DNA of 41,207 bases from Spirochaetota bacterium (lineage in GTDB: Bacteria > Spirochaetota > UBA4802 > UBA5550): contig JBNKTL010000047.1 in assembly GCA_050298055.1 (NCBI GenBank), positions 1 through 41,207 of the forward strand, written 5' to 3'. The notes beneath the pieces were generated by a model. It made no database searches. It was given only the letters and a program-made list of their open reading frames with translations, and was not told the DNA's origin. The position numbers and the translations under genes are program-made. Below are positions 34,578 through 41,207 of this stretch, piece by piece; the stretch's first letter is position 1; every line of letters starts with the position of its first letter.

Positions 34578-37127
34578 TTAGAGTATCCTTGAACCGATGT
34601 TGTAGACCAGGAATGATACAAACCATGCCACGGATGTTGTCTGTAACGCGGAGAAGAGTGCCCACTTCCAGCTTCCCGATTCCCTTCTTATTGTCGCAAT
34701 GGTGGCAATACAGGGAAAGTAGAGAAGAACAAATATCATGAACCCGAAAGCAGTGAGGGGCGTAATGACCCTTTTTCCCTTCAGGGGCCCGCTCCCGTGT
34801 GTATGGTCCCTTATATTATTGATCAGTGACACGCTCTCCCCGGATACATCGCTTCCCGCGTGGTAGAGGACCCCCATGGTACTCACAACGATCTCCTTGG
34901 CCGCGAAACCGGTCAAAAGGCTGACACCCATCTTCCAGTCGAAACCCAGGGGCGCAATAACCGGCTCAAAGAAACGGCCGATCATCCCGATATATGATCT
35001 CTCCAGCCTTTCGCTCTCCTTTTCTCTTTCAAGAACGGAAATTTCACTCTTCCGTGATTTTTTTATCTGTTCAATCACTTCGGGTTCTCCCGGATTTTCC
35101 TTCAGCCTGCTTTCATATTTTTTCTCAACCCTGCTGACAAGAGAATCGTAATTTTTTGAATAATCGATACTGTGGGGAAACCTGCCCAGTGCCCAGATAA
35201 TAATTGATGCCACAAGTACAACACCGCCGATCTTTTTCAGATAGTGTATTCCCTTCTCCCACATATGCTTTGATGATGTATTGAGGTGAGGTTTTCTGTA
35301 GGGAGGAAGTTCCATCACAAAGGGGACATCACCCGATTTAAAAATGGTTTTTTTCAGAACAACGGCGGAAACAATGGCCACGAAAATTCCGATTATGTAC
35401 ATGGTAAAAAGCATTGTCCCGGGTGAATCGGGGAAAAAAGCGCTTATGAAGAGAACATAGACCGGCAGCCGGGCGCTGCACGACATAAATGGGATTATCA
35501 GCATTGTGATCAGCTTGTCATTCCGGTTTTCAAGTGTCCTGGTTGCCATGATGGCGGGAGCGTTGCACCCGAAGCCCATTATCAGGGGTATGAACGATTT
35601 GCCGTGCAGCCCTATCTTGTGCATGAGCTTGTCCATGATAAAGGAGGCCCTTGCCATGTAGCCGGTGTCCTCCATAAGGGAAATCATGAAGAAGAGGATG
35701 AGGATGTTCGGCAGAAAGACGATAACACCGCCCACACCGGCGATTATTCCGTCAATGACAAGCTCTTTCAGAAGTCCTTCCGTCATGGTGTGGATGAGAA
35801 AGTCGGATATGAGCCCCATAAAGGATTCTATCCAGCCCATGGGATACTTTCCCATGGTGAAAGTGAGCTGGAAGGTCAGGAACATGAACGCGAGGAACAG
35901 GGGAAATCCGAAAAGTCTGTGGGTCAGTATGGAATCGATCTTTTCGCTTATTGTCCGTTTGGGCCTCACGGAAGGTTTGTAGGTTTCTTTTAATGCGCCG
36001 GCAATGAATCCATACCGTGAGTCTGATATCAACGATTCGGTATCTTCATTGAGGTGTTCTTCCAGCATCTTGATCTCCGATTTTGCCATGAGAAGGATGT
36101 CGAGGTTGTTGGGGCAGTTGTTAAAGACAAGCTTTTCCGTCTCTTCATCCTTTTCCAGGAGCTTGATAGCGATCATCCTCGATGAGACCTTGTCGGTCAG
36201 TGAATAATTCTTCGGGTTTTTAATTTCAGACTGGATTTTGCATATTGACCTTTCTATATCTTCGCCATAGTTCAGGTGTATGTGCCTGTAGATTTCGTCC
36301 CTGTCCTCATATTCTTCGATCACTTTCCCGAACAGTTCCTTCAGCCCTTTTCCCTGTGAACTCACTGTAGGGACAAAGGGGACCCCGATCATCTTTCCCA
36401 TGCTTTCAAAATCGAAGCTGTCCCCTTTCTGCTCCAGTTCGTCATAGATATTCAGGGCCACAACCATCTTAATGTCCATATCAATGAGCTGTGTCGTGAG
36501 ATAGAGGTTGCGTTCCAGGTTTGATCCGTCTATGACATTGACCACGATATCGGGTGTTTTTTCAGTGATATATTGCCTGACGAACACCTCTTCCGGGCTG
36601 TATGAAGTGAGAGAATATGTTCCCGGAAGATCGATGATGTTAAAGACATACCCGTCCTGTTCAAACCGGGATTCCCGTGCCTCCACGGTAACGCCCGCGT
36701 AGTTTCCCACATGCGCCCTAGAACCGGAAACAGAATTAAAAAGGGTCGTTTTGCCGCTGTTGGGATTTCCCACAAGGGCGATATTGATGGTCTTTCCTTT
36801 CTCCCGGGCCTTTTTCCTCAGCCCTTCCGTAACCTGGAGGCTGCTCCCTCTTCTTCGCTTTCTCCTCTCCCTTTCGCCGGGTGTGATGACTTCAATCAGC
36901 CTTGACTCACTTCTTCTGAGGGATATATTGTAGTCCAGGATTTTGTATTCAATAGGGTCTTTCAGGGGGGCGTTTTTAATCACCTTGACTTCCTTTCCCC
37001 GGATAAAGCCCATTTCGATAATTCTTTTTCTTATGGCTCCCCGGCCCCTGACCTTGGTAATAACACCTGTTTCTCCGGTTTTTAAATCGGCCAGGGTCCT
37101 GTATGTATCCTTATACTGTTTGTTCAT
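34578..37127 (-). CDS. feoB: Ferrous iron transporter FeoB with fused N-terminal FeoA domain
   Basis: FeoA (LADLKTGE..EMGF..APLKDP), G1 GNPNSGKT, DLPGTYSL, GFGCNAPA, PFMSCSARLP, ELPPY, LYFPC. Start placed at ATG 37127 (ORF track uses TTG 37151). Confidence 0.97.
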   Translation of the reverse strand: MNKQYKDTYRTLADLKTGETGVITKVRGRGAIRKRIIEMGFIRGKEVKVIKNAPLKDPIEYKILDYNISLRRSESRLIEVITPGERERRKRRRGSSLQVTEGLRKKAREKGKTINIALVGNPNSGKTTLFNSVSGSRAHVGNYAGVTVEARESRFEQDGYVFNIIDLPGTYSLTSYSPEEVFVRQYITEKTPDIVVNVIDGSNLERNLYLTTQLIDMDIKMVVALNIYDELEQKGDSFDFESMGKMIGVPFVPTVSSQGKGLKELFGKVIEEYEDRDEIYRHIHLNYGEDIERSICKIQSEIKNPKNYSLTDKVSSRMIAIKLLEKDEETEKLVFNNCPNNLDILLMAKSEIKMLEEHLNEDTESLISDSRYGFIAGALKETYKPSVRPKRTISEKIDSILTHRLFGFPLFLAFMFLTFQLTFTMGKYPMGWIESFMGLISDFLIHTMTEGLLKELVIDGIIAGVGGVIVFLPNILILFFMISLMEDTGYMARASFIMDKLMHKIGLHGKSFIPLIMGFGCNAPAIMATRTLENRNDKLITMLIIPFMSCSARLPVYVLFISAFFPDSPGTMLFTMYIIGIFVAIVSAVVLKKTIFKSGDVPFVMELPPYRKPHLNTSSKHMWEKGIHYLKKIGGVVLVASIIIWALGRFPHSIDYSKNYDSLVSRVEKKYESRLKENPGEPEVIEQIKKSRKSEISVLEREKESERLERSYIGMIGRFFEPVIAPLGFDWKMGVSLLTGFAAKEIVVSTMGVLYHAGSDVSGESVSLINNIRDHTHGSGPLKGKRVITPLTAFGFMIFVLLYFPCIATIATIRRESGSWKWALFSALQTTSVAWFVSFLVYNIGSRIL

Positions 37128-37154
37128 TATTTGTTCAGGGTATAAGTCCAATTG

Positions 37155-37189
37155 TTAGCGTCAACTAATTTTTTTAGATAAGTCTAAAA
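37155..37189. promoter_or_regulatory. Tandem TTAG-N6-CTAA boxes, DtxR-family-like metal-regulator operator
   Basis: TTAGcgtcaaCTAA (37155-37168) and ttTTAGataagtCTAAaa (37172-37189) just upstream of feoB. Confidence 0.6.
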
Positions 37190-37364
37190 GCTGACGGGTT
37201 TGTTACATCCTCTCTTCATTAATACGGGAAATCGGGGAAATTGTCAATTCTTTGGCTCTCATTTCCTCTTTTCTATCATGTTCTTCGCAAGTGATCTGTG
37301 AATCATCTTCTACTCATATGAAAAAAGGGGATAGGGGGGATAAAGAGGTGATAGGGTGATAAGA

Positions 37365-38231
37365 TCAATTAAGTGTAAAAGCGGCCAGTTCTTCCTTTTC
37401 GTCAACCGGTATAAATCTTCCCCTGCTGTCCCTGCTGATCGCCGATGCTGCCACGGAAGGATCATGAGTATAGAAAAGGAGCCAGTTCTCATCTATGGCC
37501 TTTTGTAGAATGATCTTTTTCTCATCGATCAGTTTTTCCGAAAACCTGTCAAATCCCATGGTAATGGGAAGATTGATCCAGGGGACACCGGGGACCAGGT
37601 CTCCCGCTATCATGACCTTTCGGTTTCCGCAGTTTATGATGCTGTGGAGCTGGCCCGGAGTGTGGCCGTTTGTATAGTGGAATTCAATGAGGTCTCCCAG
37701 TTCGGGGACCTGTTCCTCGTTAACAAGGAGGAGCCTTCCCGTTTTTTTCAGGGCATGGGTAATACCTTCCAGGAAAGATCCCCTGTCCCCCGGGTGGGGT
37801 TCTTCCGCGTGGGTAAAGTTTTCCAGGGGGAGCAGATATTTCGCCTCGGGGAAAAAGAACTCCCATATATTTTTCTCCGGGTCCTGTCCGGAGATCAGTC
37901 CGCCGAGATGGTCGAAGTGGAGGTGGGATATGATTACGTAATGGATGTCACTCTCCCTGAAGCCCGCTTTTTCCAGGCTGCCGATAATTCCGGGTTCTTT
38001 TTTATCAATACCGTAACGCCTGAGAAACCGGGGGGCGTATGAGCAGCCGATCCCTGTTTCAAAGAGTATGTTCGTCTCACCGGTGGAGAGAAGAAGGGCC
38101 CGGGATGCCATTCCGATCCTGTTCCTGCGGTCTGCCACGGACCACTTTTTCCACATCTCTTTGGGGGCATTCCCGTACATACTGCCCCCGTCAAGTTTGA
38201 AAGAATGTCCCATGATTGATGTAAGTTTCAT
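37365..38231 (-). CDS. MBL-fold metallo-hydrolase (YtnP-like)
   Basis: LDGGSMYG..PK..W, SHLHFDHLGG, GHTPG, AGDL, FYTHDP. Confidence 0.92.
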   Translation of the reverse strand: MKLTSIMGHSFKLDGGSMYGNAPKEMWKKWSVADRRNRIGMASRALLLSTGETNILFETGIGCSYAPRFLRRYGIDKKEPGIIGSLEKAGFRESDIHYVIISHLHFDHLGGLISGQDPEKNIWEFFFPEAKYLLPLENFTHAEEPHPGDRGSFLEGITHALKKTGRLLLVNEEQVPELGDLIEFHYTNGHTPGQLHSIINCGNRKVMIAGDLVPGVPWINLPITMGFDRFSEKLIDEKKIILQKAIDENWLLFYTHDPSVAASAISRDSRGRFIPVDEKEELAAFTLN

Positions 38232-38327
38232 CGCTGTTACTCCTCCCTGCAGGTAACTTTTTTGCAGGGATTCGGTTTTTCGTCAAGATTTTATACGGAG
38301 AATTAACATTTTAACAGGTCAAGTACA

Positions 38328-38720
38328 TTACTTATTATCCGTCCGGTATTTTTGCGTCAGCCCGTTATATCCCCACGAATCTGCAGGAATTTCATCAATG
38401 ACCACATAGCATGTTTCCTGGATGCTTCCCAGAATGTTTTTCAACATCTCTATTGTTTTTTTTATCATAACGGCTTTTTCCCGGGAAGTATTTGTTCCCC
38501 GGGTGATCTTGATGTTGACATATACGCAGGGATTATCAGATGAAGACAAGGGGATTGAATTTACCGACCATTGTTTTGAAGGGCTTTCTTTTATCTGTAC
38601 CACCGTAACATCTTTTTTTTTCTTCATTGTATTATGCATAAGGCCTGTTGTTTCCTTTATGAGTTTTATCCTCTGGTCGTTGTTAATTTGACAGTTGAGT
38701 TCTATGCTGATATAAGGCAT
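38328..38720 (-). CDS. 4-oxalocrotonate tautomerase superfamily protein (fused double beta-alpha-beta)
   Basis: Catalytic Pro after Met1 (MPYISI); ITRGTNT..EK, YVVIDEIPADSWGYNGLTQ; GGAGG SD. Confidence 0.9.
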   Translation of the reverse strand: MPYISIELNCQINNDQRIKLIKETTGLMHNTMKKKKDVTVVQIKESPSKQWSVNSIPLSSSDNPCVYVNIKITRGTNTSREKAVMIKKTIEMLKNILGSIQETCYVVIDEIPADSWGYNGLTQKYRTDNK

Positions 38721-38748
38721 AATATCCTCCTATTTTTGTTTTATTGCA

Positions 38749-38767
38749 TAGTTGTATATACAATTAC
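38749..38767. promoter_or_regulatory. Putative MarR operator (upstream of tautomerase)
   Basis: Near-palindrome TAGTTGTATATACAATTAC, 18/19 identical to 39232-39250. Confidence 0.78.
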
Positions 38768-38783
38768 ATGCTTAAAAAATTTT

Positions 38784-39212
38784 TTACTGAATCAATTTTC
38801 CCAATTCATTTTGTATGATTCTCATATTTTTAACAATTTCATCCAGTTCGGTTTTGCCAAAAATATCCGCCATTTTTTTACTGAGCATACTGCCGGTTTT
38901 ATCCAATTCCCCATGGATTTTTTTTGCTCTTTTCGCCGGGAAAACACGGACCTCTCTGCCGTCAGGGCTCTCGACCTTTCTGATGAGATAATCCCTTTTT
39001 TCAAGGCTGTCCAGGAACCTGGTTACTGTTGATCGTGAAATCTTCAACTCATCTGCCAGGTCCCGGGCAAAAAGTCCCGGTTTATTCAGAACAACCCTGA
39101 GCAAAAATGCATGAGGAGGAGAAATATCAAATTTTCCGTATGCCTCAGCCCATAACTTCGTTACCGATCTGGCTAAAGCGTTACTGTTAAAATAAAGGCA
39201 CTCTTCAAACAT
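38784..39212 (-). CDS. MarR-family transcriptional regulator
   Basis: CLYFNSNALAR, LADELKISRSTVTRFLDSLEKRDYL, DGRE. Confidence 0.93.
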   Translation of the reverse strand: MFEECLYFNSNALARSVTKLWAEAYGKFDISPPHAFLLRVVLNKPGLFARDLADELKISRSTVTRFLDSLEKRDYLIRKVESPDGREVRVFPAKRAKKIHGELDKTGSMLSKKMADIFGKTELDEIVKNMRIIQNELGKLIQ

Positions 39213-39231
39213 GGGTCATAATCGCGCATAC

Positions 39232-39250
39232 TAGTTGTATATGCAATTAC
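39232..39250. promoter_or_regulatory. Putative MarR operator (autoregulatory) overlapping -35
   Basis: TAGTTGTATATGCAATTAC; on the minus strand TTGCAT-N17-GATTAT is followed 5 nt later by the marR ATG. Confidence 0.78.
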
Positions 39251-39389
39251 TTTTTATGAAAAGGGAAAAAATTTTTATTCAATTCCTATTTCAAGAGATC
39301 ACTGTTTCCGGGAAGACAGACTTTGATTTCTGCAGTATTAATGGAGAATATTTTTGAAATAATTACTAATCGTTTACCGGGAGAAAGAG

Positions 39390-40025
39390 ATGATAAAGAT
39401 CAAAAAAAGCCCCTTACCTTATTTTGCCGCAGTACTTTTTATACTGACAGTATCACTTATTCTTTCACACGACAGGTTTACCTGGGTCCTGGAAGTCTTC
39501 CCCATCCTTATCGGCCTGCCCATACTTGTCTTGACACACAGGAGGTTCCCCCTTTCCGGTCTTGTCTATTCGCTGATTGTGCTCCACTCATTGATACTTT
39601 CAGTGGGGGGGATCTATACCTACGCGAAAGTCCCTTTTGGTTTCTGGCTCCAGGACTGGTTCGGGTTTGCCCGGAACCACTATGACCGGATAGGACATTT
39701 CGCCCAGGGATTTATACCGGCGCTTCTCACCCGTGAGATCCTTCTCAGGACATCACCCCTGCGTAAGGGGAAATGGCTTAACTTTATCACAGTATCCGTC
39801 TGCCTTGCGGTGAGCGCCTTATATGAACTTATTGAGTTTGCCTATGCCCTGGGGACAGGGGAGTCGGCCGATTCATTCCTGGGCTCACAGGGTGACATCT
39901 GGGACGCGCAGTGGGACATGACATTCGCGCTGGCGGGAGCTGTCCTGGCCCTGATGCTCCTCTCAAAATTTCATGATGCGCAGTTGAAGAAAATCCTTAG
40001 TTCAAGTTTGAAGTGCAACACTTAA
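39390..40025 (+). CDS. DUF2238/YjdF-family inner-membrane protein; last codons supplied by the IS
   Basis: TWVLEV.P, GGIYTYAKVPFG, RNHYDRIGHFAQGFIPA, YELIEF, FLGSQGDIWDAQWDM. Confidence 0.93.
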   Translation: MIKIKKSPLPYFAAVLFILTVSLILSHDRFTWVLEVFPILIGLPILVLTHRRFPLSGLVYSLIVLHSLILSVGGIYTYAKVPFGFWLQDWFGFARNHYDRIGHFAQGFIPALLTREILLRTSPLRKGKWLNFITVSVCLAVSALYELIEFAYALGTGESADSFLGSQGDIWDAQWDMTFALAGAVLALMLLSKFHDAQLKKILSSSLKCNT

Positions 40026-41097
40026 TCCATGAAACGCTTCATAAGGCGTTCTGTACCCAAGAGATTTTCGAGGAATATTATTCAGTTTATCCACCACTTC
40101 GTCTACATCATTTTGAGTAAGATCCCTAAAACTCATACTTTTTGGAAAATACTTTCTCAGAAGACCATTCATATGTTCGTTTATACCTCTCTGCCATGCA
40201 CTATAAGGATCAGCAAAGAATACCTTGCACTCAAGAGCTTCTTTCAGATCTTTGTGCTGGTAGAATTCTGAACCATTATCAAATGTAATTGTTTTAATAG
40301 CTTTATTGGGAATATTTCCATAAGCTTCTAAAATAGCTCTATTGCATGTTGTTGGCTTTTTATTCATCATAAGACCTGCTGTGAGAAACAGAGTTTTTCG
40401 TTCAACCAGAGTGGCAATATATCCCTGATGTCCCTTGCCAACAATTGTATCCCCTTCCCAATGACCTAACCGGAATCGGTTATCTACAGATTTTGGACGG
40501 CTATGAATACTTATTCTGTCGGGAATTTGTATACGGGATCGTCGTTTATTTAGCCTCCTGTGCCGTTTTTTCACGCCACGAGGAAGATACATATATAAAT
40601 CATCTCCTGTTGCAGCTTTTGAATAAATCCAGGTATAGATAGATTCATGGCTAATTTGCATCTCTGGAATATTTTTATGAGTTAATTTCAGTCTTCCAGA
40701 AATTGCATCTGGTGCAATATCTGCCTTTATAGATTTTATAACATGTTTTTTAAGCTCAATATTGTTTTCAAGTTTACGGGTTTTTGAAGTTTTTCGACGA
40801 CTTTTATATTTCTCATGAGCATGAAAAGGATGATACCAATAGGGATCTTTATTTCTTTTAAGTTCTCTACTAATAGTGCTTGGATGACGACCTGTATATT
40901 TCGCTATTTCTCTGATACTTTTGTTGTCTAAACGCATTTTTTTAATGACTTTTCTATCGCAAAGAGTTAAATGTTCATATGGCACCATAAGGTTCTGTCT
41001 CCTTAAGATTTTGTGTGGTACTTAATCTCTTAGGATTTTGGCCTTATGGTGTCATTCATTTATTTGCAAAGCGTTGCACTTCAGTTTTGAATTCGGG
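39995..41097 (-). mobile_element. Complete IS30-family insertion sequence (1103 bp), 25-bp imperfect IRs, 3-bp AAT target duplication
   Basis: IR ccttagttcaagtttgaagtgcaac (39995-40019) versus reverse complement of 41073-41097, cccgaattcaaaactgaagtgcaac; AAT at 39992-39994 and 41098-41100. Confidence 0.92.
40002..40988 (-). CDS. IS30-family transposase
   Basis: HTH RHPSTISRELKRN, ISHESIY, GHWEGDT, TFDNGSEF, PYSAWQRGINEHMNGLLR (intact DDE), PRKSLGYRTP. Confidence 0.97.
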   Translation of the reverse strand: MVPYEHLTLCDRKVIKKMRLDNKSIREIAKYTGRHPSTISRELKRNKDPYWYHPFHAHEKYKSRRKTSKTRKLENNIELKKHVIKSIKADIAPDAISGRLKLTHKNIPEMQISHESIYTWIYSKAATGDDLYMYLPRGVKKRHRRLNKRRSRIQIPDRISIHSRPKSVDNRFRLGHWEGDTIVGKGHQGYIATLVERKTLFLTAGLMMNKKPTTCNRAILEAYGNIPNKAIKTITFDNGSEFYQHKDLKEALECKVFFADPYSAWQRGINEHMNGLLRKYFPKSMSFRDLTQNDVDEVVDKLNNIPRKSLGYRTPYEAFHGLSVALQT

Positions 41098-41200
41098 AAT
41101 CAGCGCCGGGATAGATTAATTATTTTTATTGACTATCTAGTAAAACAGATGCACTATGTTATGTTATATTATATATAAAAAAAGTTAAGGAGTGTTTGGT

Positions 41201-41207
41201 ATGAAAA
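41201..41207 (+). CDS. Start of a gene running off the window end
   Basis: AAGGAG (41187-41192) 8 nt before ATG AAA; TTGACT-N17-CACTAT at 41129-41157. Confidence 0.5.

Noticed and set aside
14961..37127. Magnetosome island idea (TauE as in MamO, FeoAB, coiled-coil protein)
   Set aside because: No MamA/B/E/K/M/P/Q-like genes, no protease-TauE fusion and no magnetochrome CxxCH motifs; feoB is 17 kb from the TauE genes.
37326..37364. Short GGGGATAG/GGTGATA low-complexity repeats
   Set aside because: Four irregular units with no evident function.

Overview
A 41.2 kb bacterial chromosomal window. A spirochaete-like anaerobe is inferred from spirochaete-type lipoboxes, a HATPase-HDOD protein and a 7TM-DISM kinase, but this is not proven. 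From left to right: (1) a minus-strand C4-dicarboxylate cluster (GntR/HutC regulator, two-subunit fumarase, malic enzyme, dihaem frdC, partial frdA); (2) an ankyrin lipoprotein and an orphan Liv-type binding protein; (3) a signalling block (HATPase-HDOD, small HTH protein, LytTR regulator with a 3x21-bp repeat site, and a 7TM-DISM hybrid kinase whose first kinase module is degenerate); (4) a mirror-image cassette HAMP-TauE >< TauE-HAMP beside a soluble protein with two tandem degenerate chemoreceptor hairpins, the best candidate for an undescribed system (split, transporter-coupled receptor); (5) pyrB-pyrC and a MATE exporter; (6) an AT-rich islet with exported ankyrin proteins and a truncated GyrI/MerR-type remnant; (7) two distantly related ~500-aa putative outer-membrane proteins bracketing a propionate-CoA ligase and a REC-REC-GGDEF gene; (8) feoA-feoB fusion with tandem DtxR-like boxes, an MBL hydrolase, MarR-tautomerase and DUF2238; (9) a complete IS30-family element with a 3-bp target duplication. 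A 28-bp operator-like sequence (27/28 identical) lies upstream of both the GntR gene and the propionate-CoA ligase 23 kb away. No rRNA, tRNA or CRISPR array was seen. All family assignments are from motif recognition by eye; no searches were run.
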